64,000 nucleotides of DNA from Ylistrum balloti. Taxonomy: Eukaryota. The translations under genes and the position numbers were made by a program. The DNA is taken from the NCBI RefSeq assembly GCF_031769215.1, contig NW_026781915.1:186001-250000 (forward strand), given 5' to 3'. Below, piece after piece: positions 1-14,400 of the stretch; the first letter of the stretch is position 1, and every line of letters begins with the position of its first letter. Under the pieces are notes generated by a model that worked only from the letters and a program-made list of their open reading frames with translations, was not told the DNA's origin and did not search any database.

Positions 1-352
1 AAAATTCATCTGAAGAGGTAATTCAAAAGTTCAGTCTACATTCAATAGTTCATTTAATACACTATGGAACATGTTAAGTGTAGAATAAAGAATAGACCTG
101 ATTGAGACAAATGAGCCTTGTGTATAATGAGGCATGGGGTATTTCTCCTGTGAACTGTTTAGGGAACATTGAAGAAAATTTTTGTTTAGGAGCTTTTATC
201 TGTTGTCTGCAACCCATTTTTTACTTACTTGGTTTTTGATAAATGATGTATTAATTACAATATGTGTTGCTGAAACAAACAAGTCTTAATCTTTAGGTTC
301 TGAGATAATAGGAATCAATAGTGGTGTACAATTTTGTGATTCTATGTTTTAG

Positions 353-3300
353 GATACAGATACCTGCGTTTAGATGGCACAACAAAGGCAGATGACAGAG
401 GCCAGCTTCTCAGTGTGTTCAATTGTGATGACTCTCCATACTTTGTGTTCTTACTGAGTACCAGGGCTGGAGGGCTGGGTCTGAACCTCCAGGCTGCTGA
501 TACTGTTATCATATACGACTCTGACTGGAATCCTCATCAGGTATGTCTTGCTCATATAGATAAAATGAAGAACACAAAAAGCTTGTAGAGTCTCTTCATT
601 GGTACCAACATAATGGTAACTGCTTCATATTATCACTTACTTAATTACGCAACATATAGCTGATTTACAGGGAAGTAATTGTAAGATAACCATGCTGGTC
701 ATCATTCGTCTGTGAATACTGTCATCTTCCATCAGTATTGGAATTATACTGAAATCAAGTTTATGTGAAACTGACGCAGGATTTCCACTGATTAGTGGAA
801 AATTCTGCATAACATATTAAACTTCAAATGTACTTATGGTATGCACTTAAAATTTACACATTTGTTTGAGTAGGGAGTTGTATTTCCTGAGCCATCTGTA
901 AACGACATCACATGAAAGATTATCATGATTTTACCTTGCCTATACAATTTCATATTTTCCTCTGTTGGTAGGATTTGCAAGCTCAGGACAGAGCTCACAG
1001 AATTGGTCAACAGAATGAGGTACGCGTCTTGCGACTGATGACTGTGAACAGTGTAGAAGAGAGGATCCTGGCTGCTGCTCGATACAAGTTAAATGTGGAT
1101 GAAAAGGTTATTCAGGCTGGGATGTTCGACAACAAGTCAACAGGAATGGAGCGACGTCAATTCCTAACCACTTTGTTGTTACAGGAAAATGATGAAGCTG
1201 AGGTATATATTCACTCAGGACACACCAATAATAATAAAAAAAAAATAACTGTTTCATTGTAACCATTATGCTTTCATTTATTGAGATTTTCCTGTAATTT
1301 CAGTATTATTGCTAAATTCTCTTGATGCAAATGAATCTTGAAAATTGATGATTATTTTGTTCATTGTGTATACTGGTGTAAAACATAAAATATTATGAGA
1401 TCATTTAAAAAGCTGAGCATACATTTCTGGATTGCTAAAACACGAAAGGGAAAAGCTTCGCTTGAAATATGGACAATTATGATTAACAATATACCTGGTA
1501 TCCAAAATTTTCCAATTAAATACATTTTAAGAGTATCTCAAAATTAAATGATGTTCTTAATCAGGAGGAAGATGAGGTACCAGATGATGAAACTATCAAT
1601 CAGATGTTGGCCAGAACTGAGGAAGAGTTTGACCTCTATCAGGTAATCTTTGAATTGAGAGCATTAGGTTGTATGCGGTTGTATCATCCATAACTTACAG
1701 TATTTGTTGTCAGTCTAACCAATGTCAGATATAACCAGAGATAAAACCAAGAAATAAAATATGTAAGAAGTGTATAGTTAATTGAAAGATAAGCATTATA
1801 TGTGAATAACAAAGATAAAAGCATGGATGCAAAACACAGATATAGATTATACAGGAGTGATGTTAGATGGCACCGTTAATGTGACAGGGACAATTTGAGT
1901 TATATTTTAAAAAACGTTTTACTTGATGGTCAGAAAATGGATATAGAGAGAAGAAGAGAGGAGGCCAGAAATCCAAACAGAAAACCCAGACTCATGGAAC
2001 AGGATGAGCTGCCAAGCTGGATAGTCAAGGATGAAGCTGAGGTAATCAATGTTTGAAATATCATTTGAAAAAACTACTTGTTTATTTTCAAAATAATCTG
2101 CAGTTCTTTTCCATTGCTGCTGAATGATTGTAGCTTTTACTTATAACAATGTCTTTATTTGTAGGTTGAGAGACTGACGTTTGAAGATGAGGAAGATAAA
2201 ATGTTTGGGCGTGGATCAAGACAAAGGAAGGAAGTGGACTACTCAGACTCTCTTACAGAAAAACAATGGCTCAAGGTATGTATATTAAATCATGTTTCGG
2301 GAGATCTCCTCTATAGCTGCTATAAGCAATATTTATCGAAAGTAGGGCTCTGTGGCCTTCATTTTGACCTTTGACCTACATCAAAGAAAAAGTAGATCCA
2401 GACTTTAACACCTTTGCTATTATTCGCTGGAACTTGATACTTGGTTTATGGATTCACTTTCGTGTGTGTGAGGGACTGTAATCCATGGAATTGCTTTTGT
2501 GTAAAGAAAGTTAATAATTTGTCTACATTTTCATGGCATTAACAAGTCTCATTGATTGCTATTTAACAGGCTATAGAAGATGGTAATTTAGAGGAGGTGG
2601 AGGAGCAGGTGAAGAGAGTGCCACCCACAGAGAAGAAAAAAACAAAGAAACGCAAGATGGTAGTTGTGGAAGATGATGATGATAAGAAACCAAAGAAAAA
2701 GAGAGGAAGACCACCAGTGGAAAAGCTACCACCAAACCCACCCAAACTCACAAAGATGATGAAAAAACTTCTTGATGTTATCATTCATTACAAAGACAAG
2801 TATGTTAGATTGTCATTGTGAAGCATAGACATGGCCAAACTTTGTGCTGATATTGATTTTGAGACACAGAGAAGAATGATTTGTACTTCAAACCTCGTTT
2901 CAAAGATGCATAATTTGAAAAAAAGAAACATACAATTGTCTGCGGTGCAATTGGTTTTAATCATTTATGAGATTTTGGCAGATTGTAGTGAAATTTTGTG
3001 TTTCAAGACTGATTTGAATAAAAAGAAAACATAAAGTATGGGGCTTTTCCGTATGAAAATATTCATTGAACTTGATTAATGCTTTTGCCTTGTTGATTTT
3101 CACAGTGACGGAAGAGTTTTGAGTGATGCTTTCTTTCAACTGCCATCCAAAAAAGAACTACCAGAGTACTACGAGATAATAATCAAACCAGTTGACTTTA
3201 AAAAGATAAAAGTGAGTTGATTTTATTCTGAACATTAGATGGCTGGGGTAAGAAAAATAGAAGGTCGTTAGGATGATATTTACACAACTTCTTCTCAAAT

Positions 3301-6300
3301 AGCTGCCGGTATCTCCTACTTACTTCAGATAACACAAGATTGGTAAAGAGATGTAAGAGAATTTATCAAATAAACTGACTGCTTTTCGTTTGGTAAAGAA
3401 ATGTAAGAGAATTTATCAAATAAACTGACTGCTTTTTGTTCGATACCTTCACTTCTTATTGAAACTGCTTACGAGGGCAAAGGGTTAATAATCACAAATT
3501 TTGAAAAGTTTTTTTATTAGTATTGCAGTTAAAATTCTGAATTTCCAATGTCATATAAGTAGCATAACTTAAAATAGAATCCCATTAAGTAGGATTCGTA
3601 ATAAAAGTATATAACATGTAGTTTTACCATTGTTGGATGTCAAGTTTATTTTACCAAAAGAAAAAGTAAATTATCCTTGCTTGAAATACAATAGGCTGGA
3701 ATTTATACATTTGTTTACATATATTGGTTTTCCTTTACAGGCACGCATTAGGGACCACAAGTACAGGAGTATTGATGACCTTGAATCAGATGTACTGACT
3801 CTTTGTGAGAATGCACAGTCTTACAACATTGAAGGATCGCTGGTCAGTATATCCCACCTCCAGTGTTTTAAACAAGCACAGCTGCATCAATTTTTTTCTT
3901 CTTAATTTTTAATTGTAGTATTTTACAATTTTCCAGTGTTTGGTAATGTGTTCACTTATTTGTTTGAATAACACGTTGTCTCATTCATTAGGTTATACAT
4001 TCATGGAGCTTAAGAACCTTTACTTTCTCTCCCTATGCATATGCCTGATAAAGCCATGCAACATACAGATTCAGATTCAAGTCAGACTTTGCAGTGTAGA
4101 CGATCATGATAGATTTTATACATGTTCTTTCCGAACTTAATAGACGTTAAAATCAAATTACTCTGTTTCAAGTGTGCATTTTAATTTCAGATCTATGAGG
4201 ATTCCATTGTGCTACAGTCTGTGTTTACCAATGCCAGAGAAAGACTAGAGAAAGATGGCTTTAATGTGTCATCTGATGAGAGTGCTAGCAGTGATGCAGA
4301 TGATGATGATGATAATGGTGATGAGGAAGATGAAGGTAATCCACAATTTTTGAGAAAATGCAAATCAGCATTAATTTATAGTTAAAAGATTAAGGGGCTA
4401 AATGTATCAGTTTGGGTCAAAATTCATACATTTGAATTGCTGAATATGTATGAAAAAAGGACACTTGAATTTTTCTCTCTTCTTGAAAAACATTTCCTTA
4501 ATAGAATTAGAAATGAGACTGTGATGTATGAAAAATGAATGTTTCTACTTATCTATTTGACATACCACCATGATTCAGGGTTTCAAATTAAAATTATCCT
4601 TGACAGTAATCCAGTGACAGTGAAAGGTGAAATTTACACTGTATTTTGATTGTATTTCAGAAGTAGTTAAAGTTCAGAAAGTGAAGTTAAAAGAATCTTC
4701 GAAGAAGGTACGTAATATTTATCAATTCTCTTGACTTGAACGGACAAGTGAGCTTGTGCTGTGGCATGGCACCGTGTATGTAAGAACTATTCAAGTTTAG
4801 GAATAATACTTGGCTTCTAGCTTCTGGTTGCGAAATTCAACAAATTTTCAAAAATAACTTCTATATTATCATATTCCACTCTTGGAGAATGAAGGCACCA
4901 AGGAGTTGTATACTTAGATGGTAACTTGACTGAATGGAGTGTTACAAATACAATCAAATGCACAAAATAAAGAAAATATCTTGCATATGCATTTAATATG
5001 TTAATGTTGGGTCAGTTGATTTTTTTTTTTTTATCTGGGCATGTTTAAGCTTTGATGTTTATTGGTGGCTAATATTTTTACAGGAGAGGTCAGGTAGTGC
5101 TAGAAAACAACGCAAATCTCGAGGAAAATCAAGGGTGGTGATAAGTGATGATGAGGAAGATGGAGATGAGGAGGTAACTTGATGTTTTTTATTTTGGTAT
5201 ATTTGAAAAAAAAAATCTTAAAATCAGGCTTTATCTCAATGAAGCCTGCCATCTGAAATGTCTTGGAGATTATAAATACCTATATTGATTTATTGAAAAA
5301 TGATTTTGCCACAAAATATAAGATCTGAATTATAACTTCTTTTTCTCTTTTCATAACTAGTAGATAGTTAAAATGGAATTTCTGTTGAAATTGCTGTGAA
5401 GCTTGTCTTATTGCTTTTGCATGTCATATCACACACCCTTCTTCATGCATGATCATCTTTCATATTCTTGATGACATTGCTCTTATACCAGTGACAAAGT
5501 CTGTAGAAATAGTCATGTAGGCTATAATCTTTATTGTGAAATGTCAATACTTCGTACATATTTCTGTTATTTCTGTTTTTTATGTGAATCTATGACATTT
5601 TTCACTAGTTAGGCATGTTCACTTGAAATTTTCACTTATCAGATTGGTATGAGATCTTTTATTATCATTTTCACGGTTTCTTTTTCTATGAATATCAGCT
5701 TTTCTATACATTGATAGGAAAGAAAGATTTTTAAAAAGGGAAAGGATTTCAATTGAATGTGAAGAAAATCAAATAATAGGAGTTTTCATCTTGCACACTA
5801 CATTGAATAACATCATCCATTTCTAATGATTTCAAACTCATTTGTTAATCTTTGTATGTTATAATCTTCTGCATGTTACATGTCTTGCTTTAGTAATCAG
5901 CTAAATAATTTTCACAGTCCCAGTTCAAACTTTTCCTACAAGCATGTTATCTTAACTTCAAGTCAAGATCAGATCTTATTGCTAAAGTCAAGACTTCATT
6001 AGGTTAGGCAGTGATAGATGATCCATTATCACTTAAATTCAAGTAAAATTTTGGGGTTCGGTTGTCAGCGGAGTGTACATTTCAAAATTCAATATTTTGT
6101 TCTTCATGAGTTAATAAAATAAGATCTGATTTTAAATATTTATCTTGGTATACTACCTGGTAATATTGGTAATGGACTAGCATCAACACTATTCAGTTGA
6201 TAACTCTTCCTGTAGTTGCTTTTGCATGTCTGTATCTAACTGCTTCTTTATGCATGATCATCTTTCAGGTTCTTGATGAAAGAATAAATTTACTCCAATA

Positions 6301-6385
6301 GGACCAATCAGAAGAAGAGACCGCTCCAAGTTCACGCAGTTCATCTAGAGTCTCCTCCCCTGCTCCAGGGCGCAGACAACGCTAA
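353..6385 (+). CDS. SMARCA4: Brahma/SMARCA4-like SWI/SNF ATPase, 3' part (helicase-C, SnAC, bromodomain, acidic tail); the 5' exons lie left of the window
   Basis: Exons 353-540, 972-1202, 1565-1642, 1934-2041, 2165-2275, 2570-2799, 3106-3211, 3741-3842, 4191-4335, 4661-4707, 5084-5173, 6302-6385, all GT-AG and phase-consistent. Motifs: [97 protein letters not shown], and the bromodomain [14 protein letters not shown]...[22 protein letters not shown]. Invertebrates usually have one brm gene, so SMARCA2 versus SMARCA4 is nominal. Confidence 0.97.
3340..3439. repeat. 50-bp direct tandem duplication in a SMARCA4 intron
   Basis: ttggtaaaga(g/a)atgtaagagaatttatcaaataaactgactgctttt(c/t)gt occurs at 3340 and 3390. 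Confidence 0.9.
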
Positions 6386-7730
6386 GGTGTTGAAGCTTCA
6401 GAAGTCACAGTCATGTTGCAAAATGACAAAACAAGTCACACTTTGAACATGTGAAGTCAAATTATATTTTGGGACTTGTGACTTTAAACTACACAAATGT
6501 TTGCATGTTGGATTCATTTGTATATCAATGAATTCATTTCGTAAATGAAATATAAAAAGGTGTTAATATGAAAGATACATTGCTTGCTATCACGGAAAGA
6601 AGTCAGTAGTTAGGAATCTCACTTTATTTTTCCTTCATTTAATTATTAGATGGTTATGTTGATTATTAGGGCGTACATTTGTAAAATATACATTAATTTA
6701 ATGCTTGTAAAATATGTCCTTATATTGTATGTTAGTTTGCATGTGATAGAAAACAGTTTTTCTTAAAAAAAGTCATTATGTAAGTCCTTCAAAAATAAAC
6801 ATTGGTGCATATTTGCATCCAAAAAATAAAAAAAGTTACATAATGATAAGTTACAATGACCATTTTGTATTTTGAAATAGATCAACAAAAAATATGGAAG
6901 CTGGCTCGATATTTTTTTTGTGTTGTAAGATCGTTCCTTCAAATAAATGTTGTATATCTTTGTGTTCTCATTATAGATTCATGAATTATTCAAAAAACAC
7001 ATTTTAATAAACATTGAACTTCATTTCATTATCGTGGCCATACATTACGTTCATCACAAAGTTGTAAGTTGTGAATACATACTGTTTATCGTGGTTAGAT
7101 TTTTCTTCTGATTCTTGTGGATCAAGTTGTAAAGCATGTTGTTAATGGAAGTCATTGTTGTCATTGCATTTATGTTTTCATAAAGAACATGGTAGAAAGA
7201 TGAAATGGAAAGGTGCAATCACAACTAAATACACTTAACATTGATGTGTATATCCCTGTGTAATAAAATTTCACAGTTAAATTTCGATTTTGTTATTTTT
7301 GTTTGTTTTGACAGAAATTTACAGGTCACTGCTCTACAAGCTGCATTTCTAAACTGACTATTATGAAACTTCAGGGGTTATGATTACTTTCGCTCTCTGC
7401 ACCCCTGGAATATGTCATGGCAAAATCAAAGGTACAAGTGAAGCCATTTTATTGGTACAATGAGAAAAAACTGACCAATCACAGCGTGATACGCGCCTTT
7501 TGAAGACGTCCATCTTTAAAGCTATTACAATATACTGTTGTGCAATCTAGAGATTCGTTTGATGTACATCAAAGGATCAAGTTAGCCATTTCATCTTGTT
7601 CACAAGGTGTCGCACATGGAACATACAATTTTGCCATCACATGTTCCAAGGGTGCAGAGAGTGAAAGTGATTAAAACCGCTGGAGTATCAAGGATTTCCA
7701 ACTATGTACAGATTACTAGATTACCGTCAA

Positions 7731-9141
7731 TATATACTGAAACGAATAAGAAACGCAACTTCAAATTTTAGGCTTAATAAAATAATACTTGTGAGCATTA
7801 TGTCTAAATTTCATATGTAATAGTTAATATTGAAGATTGATGTACATCCTCTAAATGTTTGGAGATTTTTAAGAAAAGGTCACTTCGCTAGAAGGTCATG
7901 ATTGGTAAAACCCTACGTGAATCCAAGTTGAAATGGCAGCAGTTTTGAAACCGTGCACAAATATCGTGTGCGTCCTCCTCGAGCAGCTATAGCATCTCTA
8001 ATTCTTCGTTGCATCGAGTTCATCAGGGCATTGACTGTCCGTATCGGAATGTTTTTCCATTCTTGGACGAGTGCATTTGCTAACTGGGGGAGGGTATTTG
8101 GGGGGGTTACGGCGATTGCGAATTCTTCTGTCTAGTTCATCCCACAAATGCTCGCTTGGGGACAAATCAGGGCTATACGGAGGCCAATCTATAGGAACAA
8201 TGTTCTGTGTCGCAAGAAAGTCTCTACAGACTCTTGCAACGTGTGGTCTCGCGTTATCTTGCTGCAAGGTTACATGATGCTGCCTAACAAACGGCACAAC
8301 ATGGGGCCTAAGGATCTCATCCCGATAGCGTACGGCCGTTAAATTCCCATTGACTATCACCAAAGGTGTCTTCAAACCATGGGAGATTCCCGCCCAAACC
8401 ATAACTGATCCACCCCCGAATCGGTCATGCTCCAAAACACAGGCGTCAGCAAAACGTTGACGGCCATCTGCTCGAAATAACGTGAATCGAGATTCATCGG
8501 TGAAGAGCATGGACCTCCAATGTCTCATAGGAAAACGTCTGGGCATATGTGCCGTCAACCATTGCATACGACGTGCTCGACGTTGCGGTGTTAGTGGTAA
8601 ACCAACGTACTGTCGCCTTGCACGCAAATTAATCCGATGGTTATGATTACCAATCGTATTCCTTGCCGTTTCAGCAGCCGTTAACCTCCTGTGATCTTGG
8701 CCGGTCATCGACTCTTCCTGTGGCGTTAAGACGTGAAACTAATCGACTAATAGTCGATTTGAGAACTCTGAAGTGTCGAGCGACGTGAAGTCATAAGCAT
8801 CGCGATAGCACGTCCTCTATCAACCTGTGATAACCGTGGCATAATTGTAAAAGGAATTATTGTTTGCAAAAGTATTGGTGATGATGTGTCTCGATGTTAG
8901 TGATAAATTGATACTGGTTTGAATGAAAAAGAACGCATATGTTTGTACAGGCACGGTTTTTGATGTTTTTACCGTGCCGGATGTGCATAGGTTTCTCGTC
9001 ACACCTGGTTGATTTTGAACATTGATTTGGGTGATAGGCAGGGTGCACTTTTATTTCCGCAATTTTTATACAGCTATGTATATTTAATACAAAATTAATA
9101 ACAATTTTCCAAGTTGCGTTTTTTTTCCGTTTCAGTATATA
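7731..9141 (-). mobile_element. Tc1-family (DD34E) DNA transposon, full-length ends, transposase disrupted
   Basis: 31-bp inverted ends including flanking TA: tatatactgaaacgaataagaaacgcaactt (7731-7761) and the reverse complement of 9111-9141, with 3 mismatches. Transposase starts MPRLSQVDRGRAIAML at 8842. The ORF 7998-8708 carries FTDESRF, GGGSVMVWAGI and QQDNARPH-x34-E (WPPYSPDLSPSEHLW). Confidence 0.95.
7920..8842 (-). pseudogene. Tc1 transposase pseudogene (frameshifts and internal deletions)
   Basis: The N-terminal HTH reads in different frames (MPRLSQ.. / VARHFRVLKSTISRLV..DDRPRS) from the catalytic ORF. The C-terminal LANALVQEWKNIP...MQRRIRDAIAARGGRTRY is in yet another frame. Left boundary is approximate. 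Confidence 0.85.
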
Positions 9142-11490
9142 AAGAAACACAATTTTCACGTCATTGCTCTAAAAGCTCCATTGCTTCTGTGAATCAAATC
9201 AAACATCACGTGTTCACTAGCATTGCCTTTTGTACTAGTTCAAGTTTTGACCTAAGGTGGTTAAAAAACTAGGTCAACTTTATCATAAATAGAAATCAGC
9301 TGAAATTTTGATGTCATCCCTCTACAGGCTGAAATTTGACTACAGGAGACTTCAGTTGTGATAAAATACCAAATGCATCGTCATCCATAAAAAACATCAG
9401 CATATCAAGCACCTTACTGATCATTTTGGTAGTTTATTAGACCATATCTATACCAGACATTCACATCATCAAATTGAACACCATTTTCAAGAATTACACA
9501 GACCACACTGCTATTTATGTAACAATTTTACTACTTTACAACCGTAACCCACATTTGCACTGCAGAAGGAACAAATGCAAATGTTTGTGCAGGTTTTCAT
9601 TTACTCATACTATGTCAAACATATTTGAGGCATAAGGTTACTTGCATTATGTACGATACTTTATGTATATCAATAATAATTCTTTCTCTTGTCTACAGTA
9701 TATTGTACTGTCATTTTTGTATGCCAGCCTTGGATCAAATCAATACTGACCTTTTCATGTTCCATGTAAAAGTTTATAAATGTAATTGCAGGTTCTGTAT
9801 ATTTACATAATAGGTATGAAATATGTGCTGAAATATGAATTTAAGAGTATACATTGTCATAATATTTACCTCCTTTTTCTTAGCACCAATGTAATGATCT
9901 ACCCATTTTTTTTTTTTTTTTTTTGTAATTCTTCAACATTTGAAAATATCAAAGAACAGATAGCCATATATAGGTAGATTCTATTGGACCTGCCTAAGGT
10001 CAGGCAGGTTTAAGAGAGTCAGGTGTACAATGTATGACAAGTGTCCAACAGCCTCAGAAATAGTGACTGGTAACAGATTCAACTGCAACAAATACAAGAT
10101 GCATGGTGACAAGTGGCTTTGCTGGAACTGTGCACTTCAAAATAATTTGATCACAAAATCTGTCCTAATAGGATAACAGTTTTGGACACTAACTGATGGA
10201 TGTTGCACGATTTACTGTTAGTACCCTCTGATTTGTGACATCAAAACATAACTATCGACTACCAATACCTGGAAATTAACTCATATGACGTACATGTATA
10301 ACTTTACATTTTCTCTATCAAAGTTATCAGGATATCAACATTGCAATTATGTATTAATCTGAAATACCAATGAATCAATATAACATCACACTTATCCTGA
10401 AGTCTCAAGTCATTATGTTTATAAATAAAGTTTTGCAGTTGAACATGCACCATTAGGGGTGAGAGGGAATCCATGAAAGAAATCAGAGAAAGAAATACAA
10501 ATTTAACATAATGATCCAACAATAAGCCCACAAACAGCATTTGCTCCTTTATAGCAGCGTTTTCAACTGGTATTTGATTGTCCGGTAATAAATCTATCTT
10601 GACTTTGAGTCGGAGACACTTGTCAAGTCCATAGGTTTCTTGATGGATAAATACCTACAGCAAACTGTTAAAATTCAAGAATGCTATCTATGGGAACATA
10701 TAAGACACTACTAGTGACTTATGAAACATGTATAAAGATGGACAGACCATTGAAAAACGAATATTGAACAATCCATCAACAAAAAAAAAATTCAAACAGT
10801 GCTTTCTAATACATCTTTATTAATACATGTACCAAGAACTGGAAATCAATGTACGTTATTTGCTGAACTTAAAAATGAAAGTGAAATAGGTATTTTGTTA
10901 ATCAAAATCAATTCCTTTCTAATGAAAGTGCTTGGTCTCCTAGGTTATACCTAGGTTCTGTATCCATCTAGTCGTACTTTGGTATACAACACCAGTATTA
11001 TGTATCGTCTTCATACTACTTGAACATTTGAGTAGCACCAAGCAAGCCATTACAATAGCTTTAGATAATCCATTTGGATATTACTATCAAAATTTGTATT
11101 ATATAAGACTTGGAAAGAGGAACTTGTCTGTCCTATTGAACTTTGTGAACTTTTCAACTGATAAACCAACAACATAGCATTTTGTATCTCCTTGATAGAA
11201 TGAACAAGATAAATGATGTGCCAGCATCACAACAACTTGTCTTTCAAAAGCACCAAGTACCATCAGTCATATATTTCAACATGATGGATTGTAGCTTAAT
11301 ATTATAGCTAAGAATACAGATTCTGTATGCTAGTTGTTGTTGAGGTTTATCGCAACCTGAAGCACAATCTCAGATGAAGAAGTGAATCTCCACCTACTGA
11401 TGTACTGAAGGTGATGATGATCATTCATCACATGACAACAAGTTACCACCAGGATAATATTTCCGATATTGTAAGTTTTGGAATATTTCA

Positions 11491-14400
11491 CTATGAGTTT
11501 CTGCTTTTGGTTTTGCCTGTAGCATCCTCTGGACGAATAACCTGGAAAACATCGTCTGTGGGATCCCTGTTGTATGGTGCATCTGGTTGTCTCTCCTCTA
11601 GTGACTTCTTGGCCTGAACTCGAGAAATATATTTCTGGGCAAATTTTTTGTGCATTTCTCTCCGCAACTGAAACAGAGAAAAAAACAATGATTTAATCAA
11701 ATACACCATAGCAAAATAATACTTTCATCAAATACATTGTAAAACAGATTTGATTTTCACTAAGATAAACATATTAAAGAAACAAATCTTCTTACCTCAT
11801 TGGGAGATCTGTATTTAGGGTTTTCATACAGTGTAGGGCCACCAAAACTACCTCCAAATATTTTGATTGGATTTAACACAAACCTTGGACCTGTCAAAGG
11901 AAACGTGGGGAATGCATCAGACTGTTAGGTCAAAGGGTTGAGGTAAATAAAAAAATGTGTTATTTAGTGACTCAAAGTATTTGGTTCAGACTTGATATAA
12001 TGCACAAGGACAGAACAACCCACAGTTGTGAGGTACGTGTATTTAAAAGAAATCACCTCAGATTTTCATACGTAACACTTGACATAATATTGCAGATAGA
12101 CATTCAGGATTCCTATAGACGCCACTCCCCTAACTTTGTCTTTACCACCCAAATGTTGCTAATAACCAGATCTTATTCTCATCCTCATACATATTACATG
12201 TTTCTATCCAGAATAGCTCTAAGGTTTTTCCACAGTTTCAAGATTTATAGAATGGAAGAGAGACTACAAAAACATTATCCATCTCTTGTTTAAAAAAATA
12301 TATACATATTTAGAATCCTCAAAATCATCTGTTGTCTGATGATCAAATTAACTCTGACCTAACTGACTTTATCTAATTGATTTATAATGTTTAAAAATTC
12401 CTTACAAAGAAACATGACATCAGATTTATTAGGAGATACTATATAGAATGATAAAGGACTGCTCACCTATTTCTGCTAAGGAACCATCCTCCTCTAGTAT
12501 CTGATAATTCCTGAACCAGATTCGATTGTCTACTATGGAAAAAGTGAACACATGGTCAAAGAAGGGCTGACTTTTCGGATGGAAATTTGGTGTTCCGAAG
12601 GTCTGGAAAAGAATAATTTTATTGAAATGATAACACTAGGATTATTGCAGGAAAATATCTCCTTGTCCCTTGGACTCCAGAATAAATTACTTCTATCTAT
12701 GGTTCAATTTTTTGCCTGTCACTTCTAAGCAAATCATCAACTACACTCTATGTATGGTACCTTGAAATAAAATTTAAGAGTCCTGGGGTGGGATAGATGT
12801 TATACTGAAATAGACTTTACTATTTTAAATCATTTGAAAAATAAGGAACTTGGTACACAAGACAGACCAAAAGGAAAATTGTACATAAAATAATTCATAT
12901 GAATCTATTACACTGAACTATTGTTCACTTTCCACCTGCCATTAATCTACCATGATTTGACCACTTAAATCTGTTGAAAATGATCATCCTTCTTCATACT
13001 GGCCATATACTGCGGTATATACTGACTAGGTCTCTTAAGCTATTTCATAGAAGCTGTTCAAAGCAGAAAAAAAGATACCAGATGGACCTCCTACAAAATC
13101 CAGATGTACTTAAACATGGACAGACTTAAATAATGATTACCATATACTCCCTTACTCCCTACCCCTTATTAAATTGTATTCATCCCGAAATAAGCCACCC
13201 TCACCCAACACATCACCTTTGACCCAAAGGAAGGGCTTATTGCAGGACAATAAAATACTGTGAAATCATTCATTTTTGTGGGGGTTTTATTTTCAGTCAT
13301 TTTGAGGATACACTTTATCCACAAATTCATATGGATAGGAACAGTACAATTAGTATAAGCATATATATTGTGTGAAATTTTCCTCAAAATCATGTGTTCA
13401 CAATAAAGTATTTTTTGAAAACCACAAAAATTAAGCCCCACTAAAATATCAGGAGTTTACAGTAGTTGTTGCATTTGTTTGTAATTCTATCGAACAGCAA
13501 TATATATGAGTGGCTTATTACCAAGCATAGACTTATTGGCATATAAATATAGTAAGAGGGGGTATTTCTTAACAGACAATGATGGCACAAGCTCCAGGTG
13601 GTTAACATAGACAGGAGTAGTGATAGACAATTTTATCACGAAGAAGTAAAATGATTACCTGTGTGAAGAGTTCCTTTAACAGTGACCAATGGGGTTCTGT
13701 ATCAAACATCTGTAAACAACAGAAAACATCTCTAAATGAAACTGCTGCAAATTGAATTTCACTAGTGTTACAGTTATAACTTGTAACAGTAAAATAAAGA
13801 TAGTGTTCTGTTTCTCTGGTTAACCTCTTAATAACATCCCCCGCTTTACACGCAAACAGATAGTGTTCCATGTGTAATGGGAAAAAATAATAAAATGTCA
13901 ACAAGCGCTTTTCTAATTTTCTTAATTTTTTAATGGATCAAATCTGTTGTCATCAGTAAAACTATAACACCTTTGATGTCAAGTTAATACTCATTAAATA
14001 GCTTACCGGATCAAATGAGAGTAAAGGTCTAGATCCCTTCAAACAGTTCCCAGTCATTTTCAGTTCCATCATGGTATGTACTTTTAAAAAAAAAACTCCA
14101 ATTTTAAACATTGTACATTATGAAATTTTCAGTTGAATATATATTCTGTGGTTAAGAAGAAAGAACTCTGTCTACTACAAATGTTTTTATTGCAACCTTT
14201 ATCTCTTAAATAAGCTAATGCTATCTTTCTTTCAGTGTAAAAGTGTGATCATAAAGTCATTAAAGGTAAACAAACCTATGACCATAGTAAGAAGCTGCCA
14301 TTCACATGCAATATGTACACCATATTATACAGATAAAAGGCTATGTAACTGTAAGACAAGTCTGTGCTACCCTAAGTCATATGATGATGTATAAGTTCCA

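Noticed and set aside
2563-2784. Antisense ORFs over real exons (also 26222-26527, 36412-36660, 49904-50179)
   Set aside because: They are shadows of coding exons or low-complexity sequence on the opposite strand.
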